This document shows, one piece after another, positions 33,530 to 43,871 of a DNA stretch of 64,000 nt. Below the pieces are notes generated by a model. That model was not told the origin of the DNA. It worked only from the letters and a program-made list of their open reading frames with translations, and searched no databases. The stretch's first letter is position 1, and each line of letters begins with the position of its first letter. Made by a program: the position numbers and the translations under genes. This DNA is from Alphaproteobacteria bacterium. GTDB lineage: Bacteria; Pseudomonadota; Alphaproteobacteria; RF32; CAG-239. The stretch is taken from the NCBI GenBank assembly GCA_045593845.1, contig JAZNXK010000011.1, forward strand, positions 97,198-161,197. The letters run 5' to 3'.

Positions 33530-34285
33530 ATGTTGTTTGTGCGCTCTTTGCTTGGTAATATATGGGTTTACGGATGGATAGTCATCGGGGTTATTGTGTG
33601 TGGTATTATCGGATGGTTTTTGCCGACAAAATGGCATATAAACTGGTGGAATCATATTATTCTACCTAAAATTTTATGGGGTATGAAGGTTTTCGGCGGT
33701 TTGGATGTTGAGTTCAGAGGCCTGGAAAATCTTGATGATGGGGCAATTTATGCCTGTAAGCATCAATCAGCATGGGAAACCTATGTTTTGACTACGGTTT
33801 TGGATAAGGCGACAATGATTTTGAAAAAAGAACTTATGCGTATTCCGTTTTTCGGTTGGGCGGCAAAAATGTATGGACTGATTCCGGTTGACAGAGCTGC
33901 CGGTGCCAGCGCAATGAAAAAAATGCTTACTTCGGCACAAAAAATTGTTAAAACGGGAAGACCGTTAGTTATTTTTCCGGAGGGGCACAGAGTTGCCGCG
34001 GGAACGTTGCTGAAATATAAACCGGGATTTTTGTTTTTGGCACAAAATCTGAATATGCCGGTTGTACCGGTAGCTTTGAATAGCGGAATGTTTTGGCCGA
34101 GAAGTTCTTTTAAGCATATACCGGGAAAAATTGTTGTTGAGTTTTTGCCAGCGATGAAGATGGAAGGCGATAAAAACGAATTTTTGCAAAGAGTACAAGA
34201 TTGCATTGAGGAAAAGTGCTATGAACTCAATCAAGAGGCAATGCGTGATTTTCCGGCCAGTAAAGTGAATTATAAAGGTAAATGA
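33530..34285 (+). CDS. plsC: 1-acyl-sn-glycerol-3-phosphate acyltransferase
   Basis: HQSAWE and FPEGHR acyltransferase motifs. Confidence 0.8.
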   Translation: MLFVRSLLGNIWVYGWIVIGVIVCGIIGWFLPTKWHINWWNHIILPKILWGMKVFGGLDVEFRGLENLDDGAIYACKHQSAWETYVLTTVLDKATMILKKELMRIPFFGWAAKMYGLIPVDRAAGASAMKKMLTSAQKIVKTGRPLVIFPEGHRVAAGTLLKYKPGFLFLAQNLNMPVVPVALNSGMFWPRSSFKHIPGKIVVEFLPAMKMEGDKNEFLQRVQDCIEEKCYELNQEAMRDFPASKVNYKGK

Positions 34286-34288
34286 ATT

Positions 34289-34774
34289 TTAAGCAAATTT
34301 ACCCATAATACGTGATTTTTCACGGTTCCAGTCGCGTTGTTTTTCTGTTTCGCGCTTGTCATAAAGTTTTTTACCGGTGCCAAGTCCTACTTCAAGTTTT
34401 GCTCGACCTTTCTCGTTGAAAAAAAGTCGGATGGCCACTAATGTGCAGCCTTTTTTTGCGATTGCTCCGATTATGTCACTGATTTCTTTTTTTTTCAGGA
34501 GAAGTTTGCGTTCTCTTTTTTCGGCATGAGATGAATAGCCTTTGTTTGCATATTCGGCAATAAACATATTTGAAATAAAAATTTCTCCGTTTTTATCTAT
34601 GCCGAAAGCATCTGTAATATTGGCATGGCCCAGACGCAGCGATTTTACTTCGGTGCCGGTAAGCTCTATGCCGGCAACAAATTTTTGGGTAATATTATAA
34701 TCAAAATAAGCACGACGGTTTTGAGCTACCAATCCTGTTGATATAAAATCAGACTTACTTTTTTTTGCTACCAT
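34289..34774 (-). CDS. smpB: SsrA-binding protein
   Basis: NRRAYFDY...GTEVKS motif. Confidence 0.85.
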   Translation of the reverse strand: MVAKKSKSDFISTGLVAQNRRAYFDYNITQKFVAGIELTGTEVKSLRLGHANITDAFGIDKNGEIFISNMFIAEYANKGYSSHAEKRERKLLLKKKEISDIIGAIAKKGCTLVAIRLFFNEKGRAKLEVGLGTGKKLYDKRETEKQRDWNREKSRIMGKFA

Positions 34775-34775
34775 T

Positions 34776-35228
34776 TTATTCGGCAACTTTCAGCGGAGTT
34801 TTTTTGGGTAATGGTTTTTCTTGAGCTTCTGCAGGAGCACTTTTTTCTCGGAAACAATGGCCCTCAATATAAGCTCCCGGTTCAATGGCAATAGTTTTGT
34901 GTGTTGTATCGCCGATAATATGTCCGGTCTTGGCGATAAACAGATTGTCAACAAAGGCTTGTCCGTTGAGGTTGCCGTATAAATACATATTTTGGGCTTT
35001 TATTGTCCCAATGACAAAACCTTTTACACCGACAATAACTTCTTCGCAAACAATATCACCTTTGATGTTACCATCAATATGTAATACTCCTGAAGAGGTG
35101 ATATTCCCGTCTATGGTTGTATTCTCGGCGATTATACTGGGAACAGATGAACTGTTTTTACCGCGTCCGAGAAAACGAGCAATTTTTAAATATAGTGTTT
35201 TTCTAAACTTTTTCATTTGTTCCTCCAT
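34776..35228 (-). CDS. bactofilin (CcmA/BacA-like polymer-forming protein)
   Basis: Repetitive DGNIxG / beta-helical pattern typical of DUF583. Confidence 0.7.
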   Translation of the reverse strand: MEEQMKKFRKTLYLKIARFLGRGKNSSSVPSIIAENTTIDGNITSSGVLHIDGNIKGDIVCEEVIVGVKGFVIGTIKAQNMYLYGNLNGQAFVDNLFIAKTGHIIGDTTHKTIAIEPGAYIEGHCFREKSAPAEAQEKPLPKKTPLKVAE

Positions 35229-36453
35229 TGATTGGTTGAGTTTTTATAAAGGGCATAGGATCAACATCCTTACCCTGATATAAAATTTCGTAGTGCAGAT
35301 GCGGGCCGGTTGAACGTCCGGTTGATCCCATTTCTCCTATAAAATCACCTGCTTCTACAAGCTGTCCTTTTTTGACGTATGATTTGTTTAAGTGTGCATA
35401 TTTAGTAACAAACCCGTTGCCATGGTCAATTTCGACAATATTGCCGTACCCCGAATTGTAACCGGAACTTTTGACTTTTCCGGAAGCCATTGTTTTGACC
35501 TTATTGCCGGTTCTTCCTGCTAAATCTACGCCTTTGTGATATGCTTTGCTTTTCTTAAACGGATCGCTTCTTGCTCCATAAGGAGAAGTTATCCACATAC
35601 TCCAGACCGGTTTGCCGAGGGGAATATATTTTACAATCTGTCGATAGTATATAATGTCATCAACGTCTTTGTATAGCTGACTTACTTTATCGTTAACCTT
35701 CTTCTCGCGTAAAAAGTTGTTTTCTGTCGGAATATATGGACCGCCGCTACCGTTCTGTTTTTTATTATTGGCCCAAATATTAAAATATAACCCGCGTTTT
35801 TTTAATGGTACATTTATAGCGCTGATTGCACTTTTGATTGTATTCATTTCTTTAGCTGCAATTTGAGATACTTTATCGATTACTTCCATCTCGGCTTCAC
35901 GCATGTCTTCAACCATTTTTTGCAATTCTAAAAGTTTGCGGCGCAATTCGTCTCGTTCGGAAAGGGCGATATCTCTTTGTAAAGAAATTTCATTTAAGCT
36001 GGTTTTTTCTTCCAATTTGCTTTGACTTATCCAATTTGATTGGCTGGTGATTTGTTTTACTTTTTCTTCCACTAAGCTTGCTTGTTGTTTGTATTGTTCA
36101 ACGTCAAGCTGATTATTACTGGTTTCATCCAAGTCATCTATCATTTGAGTAATATTGCTTTGCAAAGCAACAAAGTCGCTCATGAGGTCGATATAAGCAT
36201 CTCTGGTAGCATTAAGTTCATTATTTCTGCGGTTTAGGACTCGGTCAGAGTGGTGATACATGTGGGAAGAATGGACAACCCACACAGCAACAAGAGCCAA
36301 TAATATTAACATTATCAGCTGCATTTTTGGGGAAATATTTAACACTCTTGCTCGTCCGTTGCTCCTAAATATTATTTCTTTATTGGAGAAAAGCGGTTTC
36401 TTCTCTTTATATCGCAAGGGTGCAGGAGCAATTTTTTTATGTATCTTTTTCAT
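35203..36453 (-). CDS. M23 (LytM) peptidase with a long N-terminal coiled coil (EnvC-like)
   Basis: N-terminal TM and coiled coil, with a C-terminal HxxxD...HLHYE M23 motif (HKGVDL...GPHLHYEIL). Confidence 0.75.
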   Translation of the reverse strand: MKKIHKKIAPAPLRYKEKKPLFSNKEIIFRSNGRARVLNISPKMQLIMLILLALVAVWVVHSSHMYHHSDRVLNRRNNELNATRDAYIDLMSDFVALQSNITQMIDDLDETSNNQLDVEQYKQQASLVEEKVKQITSQSNWISQSKLEEKTSLNEISLQRDIALSERDELRRKLLELQKMVEDMREAEMEVIDKVSQIAAKEMNTIKSAISAINVPLKKRGLYFNIWANNKKQNGSGGPYIPTENNFLREKKVNDKVSQLYKDVDDIIYYRQIVKYIPLGKPVWSMWITSPYGARSDPFKKSKAYHKGVDLAGRTGNKVKTMASGKVKSSGYNSGYGNIVEIDHGNGFVTKYAHLNKSYVKKGQLVEAGDFIGEMGSTGRSTGPHLHYEILYQGKDVDPMPFIKTQPINGGTNEKV

Positions 36454-36541
36454 ATAAACATCCTATTGCAAGGCTATGTATAACAAAAAAAATATAAAAA
36501 ATACAGTATTTTTTTTAAGTTGGTAAAAGTGGGGATAATGA

Positions 36542-36853
36542 TTATTCATCCAAAATGATAAATTCGCCTTTGCCGACAAGGTTTAGGACGTCTCTGGCTC
36601 TTTCATCGAGCAAATCTATATCCAAATTATTTGGGGACAATAATTTAATTTCTTGGTTTAAATCTTCTTTTTTCTGTTGATATTGAGCGGCAATTTCTTG
36701 GGCATATTGAACTTCTTTTTTCAAATGCAGATATTTTTGCAAGCCACGCTCACCGCAGAAAATGTTATAAACAAAATAGAAAAAGAGCATAACAAAAGAT
36801 ATCAGCAAACCTGATTGTTTTACCCAATATTTTATGTCATGCAAAAAGTTCAT
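36542..36853 (-). CDS. septum formation initiator (FtsB/DivIC-like)
   Basis: A single TM followed by a coiled coil, ~100 aa. Confidence 0.5.
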   Translation of the reverse strand: MNFLHDIKYWVKQSGLLISFVMLFFYFVYNIFCGERGLQKYLHLKKEVQYAQEIAAQYQQKKEDLNQEIKLLSPNNLDIDLLDERARDVLNLVGKGEFIILDE

Positions 36854-36890
36854 TCGTTTGTCTCCAAAGCGACATTCTAGAGTTGTTTTA

Positions 36891-37358
36891 TTAAAATTTG
36901 GTAACGGAGCGCTTATTTTTGAAAAATTTTTTTAAGATGTCGGAACATTCGGTTTGCAAAATACCATATTCTGTTTTTGGGCGGTGGTGACAAGTCGAAG
37001 AGGCAAAAAAACGCACACCATTGATGATTGCACCTCCTTTGGGGTCAGGTGTGGCAAAATATACTTTTTGTATGCGCATCATAGATATTGCGGCAGCACA
37101 CATGGTGCAGGGCTCAAGAGTTACATATATTTCCATATTCCAAAGGCGATTTTGTTTGAGTTTTTTACAAGCTTTTTCCATTGCCAAAATTTCGGCATGG
37201 GCAAGAGCGTTGTTACCATGTTCACTTTTGTTACCGGCTTTGGCAATAATTTTACCGTTTTCGGTGTCAACAATTACGGCGCCGACCGGTACTTCGTCAT
37301 TTTCAAAAGCTTTTTGTGCCTCTTTTAAGGCAATTTGCATATAATATTCAGAATCCAT
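36891..37358 (-). CDS. tadA: tRNA-specific adenosine deaminase
   Basis: HAEILA...PCTMCAAA zinc-binding motifs. Confidence 0.85.
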   Translation of the reverse strand: MDSEYYMQIALKEAQKAFENDEVPVGAVIVDTENGKIIAKAGNKSEHGNNALAHAEILAMEKACKKLKQNRLWNMEIYVTLEPCTMCAAAISMMRIQKVYFATPDPKGGAIINGVRFFASSTCHHRPKTEYGILQTECSDILKKFFKNKRSVTKF

Positions 37359-37417
37359 CTTTATTTTTCTCCAATTTTAGTTTATGATATGTTCAAAATT
37401 GTTGAGGATTGTTTAAT

Positions 37418-38137
37418 ATGTCGGAAAGAATTGCCAAATTGATTGCTCGCTCAGGTGTTTGTTCTCGCCGTGATGCCGAAAAACTTATATTACAGCAACG
37501 CGTTACCTTGAACGGAGAGATTGTTGTTTCTCCAGCAATTAATGTTGAAAAAGGTGATGATATTAAAATTGATGGCGAAAAATTGCCGATTATTGAACAA
37601 ACACGTTTGTGGCTTTATTATAAACCTGTCGGTTTGATTACCTCTCATAAGGATTCGAATCGTAAAACGGTATTTGAAAGTTTGCCCGAAGGAATGCCGA
37701 GGGTTGTATCGGTCGGTCGCCTTGATTTGAACTCGGAAGGTTTGTTGTTGCTGACAAATAATGGTGAATTGTCGCGTATGCTTGAGCTGCCGCAGAACGG
37801 GTGGAGCAGACGATATAAAGTAAAAGTGCACGGTGTGTTGGATAAAAATAAATTAGAATCGCTTGAAAACGGTGTGACGATTGACGGTGTTGATTATGGT
37901 GCGGTGAAAATTGTTGTGAACGGAACGCAAGGGACAAACTCGTGGCTGACCATAACTTTGAATGAAGGTAAGAATCGCGAAATCAGAAAATTGATGCAAT
38001 ATATAGGATTAGAAGTAGCAAGGTTGATACGTTTATCCTACGGACCTTTTCAACTCGGAAGTTTGCAGAAAGGTGAGGTTAAGGAAGTGCCGCAGAAGGT
38101 TTTGCGTGAACAATTGGGCGGAAAGTTTGAATTATGA
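37418..38137 (+). CDS. rRNA pseudouridine synthase (RsuA/RluB family) with an S4 domain
   Basis: S4 N-terminus (RSGVCSRRDAEKLI) and the catalytic GRLD motif. Confidence 0.8.
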   Translation: MSERIAKLIARSGVCSRRDAEKLILQQRVTLNGEIVVSPAINVEKGDDIKIDGEKLPIIEQTRLWLYYKPVGLITSHKDSNRKTVFESLPEGMPRVVSVGRLDLNSEGLLLLTNNGELSRMLELPQNGWSRRYKVKVHGVLDKNKLESLENGVTIDGVDYGAVKIVVNGTQGTNSWLTITLNEGKNREIRKLMQYIGLEVARLIRLSYGPFQLGSLQKGEVKEVPQKVLREQLGGKFEL

Positions 38138-38697
38138 GAATTGTTGGTGGTTTGTATAGAGGTAAAAAACTGTTTTCTCCGCAATCTGATGAAGTTCGGC
38201 CGACGGCGGACAGAGCCCGCGAATCGGTTTTTAATATTTTGTATTCAATGCTGAAAAAGCCGTGGGCAGAGTTGAGTTTTGCCGATATTTTTGCCGGAAC
38301 GGGAGCTATGGGATTTGAAGCTCTTTCAAGAGGGGCAAAGAAAGTGGCTTTTGTTGATATTGATGTTGCGCTTGCTAATAAAAATTTGGCAATGTTTCAA
38401 AATGAAAAAGGCAAAGTTTTCGTTCTGAAAAGAGATGCCTGTTGTCTTGGCTTTGCGCCGTGCGCTTTTGATGTGGTTTTTATGGATGCTCCGTATAAAA
38501 AGGGCTTGAGCGAAAAAGCACTTTGTGCAGTGCTTGATAATCAGTGGCTGGAAAAAGATGGGGTGTGTATTGTGGAAACAGGAGCAAATGAAAATCTTGT
38601 TTTTGATGAAAGGTTGGAGTTGGTTGATAAAAGAAAATACGGAATTGCTGCTTTTTGGTTTTTGCAACGAAAGAAGGATTTTCAGCAAGATAAATAA
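38134..38697 (+). CDS. rsmD: 16S rRNA (guanine966-N2)-methyltransferase
   Basis: RPTADRARESVFN, D(P/A)PY motif and size. Confidence 0.8.
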   Translation: MRIVGGLYRGKKLFSPQSDEVRPTADRARESVFNILYSMLKKPWAELSFADIFAGTGAMGFEALSRGAKKVAFVDIDVALANKNLAMFQNEKGKVFVLKRDACCLGFAPCAFDVVFMDAPYKKGLSEKALCAVLDNQWLEKDGVCIVETGANENLVFDERLELVDKRKYGIAAFWFLQRKKDFQQDK

Positions 38698-38732
38698 AAA
38701 AAGCACCGCGTTTAGGCGGTGCTTTTTTGCAT

Positions 38733-39314
38733 TTATTTGCTTATCATATCCGCACAATTGACTTCATTTTGAGCAAGTTTTATTTGCTCGCTGAGAGCTT
38801 GTGTCGATTTTCCGCTTAATTCTGATAAAGCTTGCAAATAATCTCCGTTAGTGTTGCTTGAAAAAGCCTCATTTTGTAATTCGGGATAATTAAATAAGAC
38901 AAATCGTTTGATTTGTGAGCTGTGATGGAAATTTTCTTTTTCAGCACGCGTCATTTTTTTCTTTTCCATGTTGAGATAAACACCGTCTTGACGATATTTC
39001 CATGCTGCTCCGTCAACAAGGTCGGTAGTCCAGCTGTAAACAAAAGTAATATTTCCTATTGCGGCAGGATTGATTTGTGTTTTTAGAGCCATCCCTACAT
39101 CTTCATATCCTTCTTTTTTGCCGACAATAGACATACTTCCCGAGGCTCGTTCGGCAGGATAAACGCAGGGAGTTTTGCAGGCAAAGGCACCATCAATATA
39201 GACTGACACTTCTTTAACGTTTGAATCAAAACTGATGTCTTGACTTGTTCCGCTGAAAACTGTGCCGCAACCGGCAAGAGACAGAACGCCAGTAATTAAA
39301 TAAATTTTTTTCAT
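38733..39314 (-). CDS. lipoprotein of unknown function (lipobox LAGC|G)
   Basis: Signal peptide plus lipobox. It lies downstream of the structured leader. Confidence 0.55.
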   Translation of the reverse strand: MKKIYLITGVLSLAGCGTVFSGTSQDISFDSNVKEVSVYIDGAFACKTPCVYPAERASGSMSIVGKKEGYEDVGMALKTQINPAAIGNITFVYSWTTDLVDGAAWKYRQDGVYLNMEKKKMTRAEKENFHHSSQIKRFVLFNYPELQNEAFSSNTNGDYLQALSELSGKSTQALSEQIKLAQNEVNCADMISK

Positions 39315-39333
39315 AGTTCACTTCCTTATCAGT

Positions 39334-39525
39334 ATTAAAAAAAAGCCGCTTGATGAGAAGCGACCGGAAGTTGGAAACTATTCATACGTATAGTGCGACA
39401 TATTGACCGCAAAGGCTATTTTGTCACCTTCCGGTCAGTTGACCAGAAGGCATTAAATGTCGTTTTAATGCAAACGCGTATGAATGAGGTTTCCACACCT
39501 CGAACAGGCTCATCAATCCCGTCTA
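39334..39525 (-). ncRNA. candidate structured RNA / riboswitch-like leader (~190 nt) with its own promoter and an intrinsic terminator ending ~20 nt before the lipoprotein start codon
   Basis: All seen in sequence. -35 TTGACA (39555-39560 rc) and -10 TAGTAT (39532-39537 rc) with 17-nt spacing. Long-range pairing GUGGAAACCUCAUUCAUACG with CGUAUGAAUAGUUUCCAAC. Mutually exclusive pairings among CUUCUGGUCA, UGACCGGAAG and CUUCCGGUCG. Terminator GUCGCUU-CUCAUC-AAGCGGC followed by U8. Confidence 0.35.
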
Positions 39526-39531
39526 ATTTGA

Positions 39532-39560
39532 ATACTATGGTGATGTTTTGTTAATGTCAA
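39532..39560 (-). promoter_or_regulatory. sigma70-like promoter TTGACA-17-TAGTAT driving the structured leader
   Basis: Read on the minus strand; it lies between the eno terminator and the RNA element. Confidence 0.45.
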
Positions 39561-39627
39561 TAATAAATTTGGCAACAAAAAAGCACCGTATTTTTACGGT
39601 GCTTTTTTTTAGCAGTGTTTTGAAAAA

Positions 39628-40920
<1,293 letters not shown>

Positions 40921-41058
40921 TTAAATTATAAAAACTGTAATATTACTTCCTTTATTTTACGCAAATTGTCAAGCTGTTATGTGTTTAAATTTTATAAAAA
41001 ATGTTTGCGCTTGTTATATTTAGCATTTATCATGATGTTATAACAGAGGAGGTGTAAA

Positions 41059-41514
41059 ATGTTTTCAGAAAAATGGCATTTACGTTTTATGGAAGTTGCA
41101 AGATTGGTTGCGACTTGGTCAAAAGATCCGAGCACAAAAACAGGTGCGGTTGTTGTCGGACCAGACAGAGAAATCAGAGCAACGGGTTACAACGGTTTGG
41201 TCAGAGGTGTTGATGATGATATTCCGGAAAGATTGGAAAGACCGACAAAATATGACTTTTTTGAACATGCGGAAAGAAATGCAATATATAATGCTTCTTT
41301 GACCGGAGTTTCTTTGAAAGGCTGTGTGATGTATGCGACTCATCCGCCTTGCACCGATTGTGCGCGTGCAATAATTCAATCCGGAATAAAGATGGTCGTT
41401 ACCAACGAGATGAAAATTGATGCCAATTCGCCGAGCGGAACGTGGCGTGATAAGTTGGAATATTCGTCGCAGATGTTCAAAGAAGCAGGAGTTGAATATA
41501 AAATATTAAAGTAA
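41059..41514 (+). CDS. dCMP/cytidine deaminase family protein (ComEB-like)
   Basis: HAERNAI...PCTDCA zinc motifs. Confidence 0.7.
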   Translation: MFSEKWHLRFMEVARLVATWSKDPSTKTGAVVVGPDREIRATGYNGLVRGVDDDIPERLERPTKYDFFEHAERNAIYNASLTGVSLKGCVMYATHPPCTDCARAIIQSGIKMVVTNEMKIDANSPSGTWRDKLEYSSQMFKEAGVEYKILK

Positions 41515-41587
41515 CTCTTTAAACTGTTCGGCACAGTGATTAAATCTCAAAAAGCTTTGTAGTTTATGAAAAGTTTTAGGAGGTTTT

Positions 41588-42205
41588 ATGAGAGTTTTAA
41601 TTGCTGACGATCATGCGCTTTTTCGTGATGCTTTGGGAAAACTTGTTGAGGAGTTGGATGCTTCTGCCGGTGTGGTGCAGGTTTCCAGCTATTCGCAGGC
41701 ATTAAAAATTTTGAAAAACGAGCCGCCTTTCGATATGATTATTTTTGATTTGGAAATGCAAGATTTGCTTTCGTGGGAACAAGGAATCGACGAGCTTAAG
41801 AAAGCGGCAAATGGGGCGAAGTTGGTTGTGGTTTCGGCAATAGAAAATCCGAGAAATATCCGCAGTGTGTTGGAGCGCGGTGTTAACGGTTATATCAGCA
41901 AGCGCTCGGAGAGTAAAATTCTGTTAAATGCCTTGAAGTTGATTTTGGAGGGCGGCACTTATATTCCTCCGGTTTTGTTGTTGCAGAATAATCTTGCGGA
42001 AAAAGGAAGTGCTAAAAATTTGACCAATCGGCAGAGCCAGGTTTTGGGGTTGGTGGCGCAAGGAATGTCAAATAAGCAAATTGCTTATGAAATGGGAGTT
42101 TCAGAGGCAACAGTAAAGCTGCATATCAATGCACTGTTACGATCAGTCGGGGCAAACAACCGAACCCAAGCAGTGATTACGGCACAGAAAATGGGGATAA
42201 TTTAG
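41588..42205 (+). CDS. orphan response regulator, REC + LuxR/FixJ-type HTH
   Basis: MRVLIADDH...D55 context, and a C-terminal LTNRQSQVLGLVAQGMSNKQIA HTH. Confidence 0.8.
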   Translation: MRVLIADDHALFRDALGKLVEELDASAGVVQVSSYSQALKILKNEPPFDMIIFDLEMQDLLSWEQGIDELKKAANGAKLVVVSAIENPRNIRSVLERGVNGYISKRSESKILLNALKLILEGGTYIPPVLLLQNNLAEKGSAKNLTNRQSQVLGLVAQGMSNKQIAYEMGVSEATVKLHINALLRSVGANNRTQAVITAQKMGII

Positions 42206-42213
42206 TGGGGATG

Positions 42214-42252
42214 GATATTTAAAAATAAAAAAAGGGGCTGACGCCCCTTAAT
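42214..42252. terminator. bidirectional terminator (AAAAAAGGGGCTGACGCCCCTTAATTTTTT)
   Basis: A hairpin flanked by A- and T-runs between convergent genes. Confidence 0.6.
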
Positions 42253-42270
42253 TTTTTCTTTTGAAAAAGG

Positions 42271-42861
42271 TTATGCCTTTTTAGCATCTGCTTTTTTAGC
42301 AGTAGTTTTTGTTGCTTTTTTGGCAGGTTTCTTTTCTGTTTTCTCTTCAGTTTTAGCTTCTGCCTTTTTAGCTGTTTTCTTTGTTGCTTTCTTTTCAGCT
42401 TTTACTTCTTCTTCAGCAACTTTTTCAGCATTTTTCTCTGCGGCTTCTGCTGCGGCTTTTTCGGCTGCAACGCGAGCTAAATCTTTTGCACCTTTGGCTG
42501 TAACATCGCGGTCAACAAGCTCAACAATAGCCATTTGAGCGGCATCACCATAACGGATTCCTGCTCTCAAAACTCTGGTATAACCGCCGTTGCGCTCTTT
42601 GTAGCGTTCTGCCAAAGTGGAGAACAATTTTGCGACAACTTCTTCGTCTCTCAAAAAGGCCAATGCCAAGCGGCGGCTGTTCAAATCGCCTTTTTTAGCA
42701 AAGGTAATCATATTGTCGGCGAAAGTTCTCAATTCTTTTGCGCGAGGCAATGTTATTTTTATTTGTTCGTGTGTGAGCAGAGCGCAAGTCAAGTTTGAGA
42801 ACAAAGCCCTTCTTTGGCTGGTCGGCATATTAAATTTTCTATGTGCATCACCATGTCTCAT
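42271..42861 (-). CDS. rplQ: 50S ribosomal protein L17 with a ~75-aa Lys/Ala/Glu-rich C-terminal tail; located away from rpoA
   Basis: N-terminal MRHGDAHRKFNMPTSQRRAL...YTRVLRAGIRYGDAAQMAIVEL is L17. The tail reads ...AEKNAEKVAEEEVKAEKKATKKTAKKAEAKTEEKTEKKPAKKATKTTAKKADAKKA. Confidence 0.85.
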   Translation of the reverse strand: MRHGDAHRKFNMPTSQRRALFSNLTCALLTHEQIKITLPRAKELRTFADNMITFAKKGDLNSRRLALAFLRDEEVVAKLFSTLAERYKERNGGYTRVLRAGIRYGDAAQMAIVELVDRDVTAKGAKDLARVAAEKAAAEAAEKNAEKVAEEEVKAEKKATKKTAKKAEAKTEEKTEKKPAKKATKTTAKKADAKKA

Positions 42862-43063
42862 GGCATTTTCCTTTCATTAAAATTGGTTATGCTTTGTCTG
42901 GCAAAGCGGATAAAACAAGTCGGATACTACCTTCATATATATCCGGCGCGCGGGCAAAAAGCCTTTGGCGTGTGCGCAATATATAAAATATTTTTTTGTT
43001 TTGCAAGTGTTTTCTAATAAAATTTTAACTATTGCCATTGAGACTGATTTTTCGGAGGGCAAT

Positions 43064-43513
43064 ATGAAAATTTTGATACAAAGAACTAAAGGGGCTTTTG
43101 TTGAAGTTGAGAACAAGGTTGTCGGCAAAATTGATAAAGGAATGCTGGTTTTGGTCGGGGTTGAAAAAGGAGACTCAAAAGCAGAGGCTGATTGGTTGGC
43201 AAAAAAGACTACCAACTTGCGGATTTTTGAGGATGACAACGGCAAGATGAATCTGTCGATCAAAGATGTGGGCGGCAAAATTTTGGCGGTTTCACAGTTT
43301 ACACTGGCGGGAGATTGCTCAAGAGGGAATCGCCCCGGCTTCGATGGTGCAGCAGAACCGAAAATTGCAAATGAACTGTATGTATATTTTATGGATAAGT
43401 TAAGGGAAGAAGTGCCGGTTGAAAGCGGCATTTTTCAGGCAGATATGCAAGTGCATTTGGTAAATGACGGGCCGGTTACATTTATGTTGGAGAAAAAATG
43501 TGAAAAAAATTAA
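43064..43513 (+). CDS. dtd: D-aminoacyl-tRNA deacylase
   Basis: [15 protein letters not shown]...SQFTL motif, with a GGAGGG RBS. Confidence 0.85.
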   Translation: MKILIQRTKGAFVEVENKVVGKIDKGMLVLVGVEKGDSKAEADWLAKKTTNLRIFEDDNGKMNLSIKDVGGKILAVSQFTLAGDCSRGNRPGFDGAAEPKIANELYVYFMDKLREEVPVESGIFQADMQVHLVNDGPVTFMLEKKCEKN

Positions 43514-43568
43514 AATTAGGTATTGCATTTTTTTTTGAATATGCTATCTTGCCTCTCGCAATGGTGAT

Positions 43569-43643
43569 GCGGGCGTAGCTCAGGGGTAGAGCGCAACCTT
43601 GCCAAGGTTGATGTCGAGGGTTCGAATCCCTTCACCCGCTCCA
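43569..43643 (+). tRNA. tRNA-Gly (anticodon GCC)
   Basis: Hand-folded: anticodon stem CAACC/GGTTG with loop TTGCCAA, T arm GAGGG-TTCGAAT-CCCTT, encoded CCA. One C-A mismatch in the acceptor stem. Confidence 0.8.
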
Positions 43644-43644
43644 T

Positions 43645-43713
43645 TTTTTAAGACCTCCCAAAACGGGAGGTTTTTTTATTATTCGGGTGAAGGGATTAAA
43701 ATCCCTGTCTTGC
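43645..43713 (+). repeat. 69-bp unit, copy 1 of 2: terminator hairpin GACCTCCC-aaaac-GGGAGGT + T-run, then an inverted copy of the tRNA-Gly 3' arm (CGGGTGAAGGGATT) in a GGGATTAAAATCCC palindrome
   Basis: Direct comparison with 43872-43940 gives ~92% identity. The 14-nt stretch AATCCCTTCACCCG of the tRNA is present as its reverse complement. Confidence 0.55.
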
Positions 43714-43871
43714 TCCTAGGTGTTGCGTTAATCGCAACACCAAGTCGCTTCGGTCACTCGTGTTGTAACATTTGCTTTGCACACTGTCGTGGCTTTGCAA
43801 ATTAACAACACTTCGCCTGTCGTTAAAAATTGCTCATTTGAGAGCAATTTTTTGCCTCCAGCCTGCTCCAA

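Noticed and set aside
39420-39460. Possible SRP (4.5S) RNA domain IV motif (GGUCA...CCGGAAGG...AGCC) on the minus strand
   Set aside because: The GGAA lies inside a 10-bp helix rather than forming the GNRA tetraloop of helix 8. The symmetric-loop consensus (AGCAGCC) is not matched, and the element is embedded in a 190-nt RNA with a different overall fold.
42320-42880. Separate histone-like gene in the KA-rich region, or a frameshifted rplQ
   Set aside because: The Lys/Ala-rich segment is in frame and contiguous with the L17 core (42271-42861, minus strand). The plus-strand ORFs here are mirror-image low-complexity artefacts.
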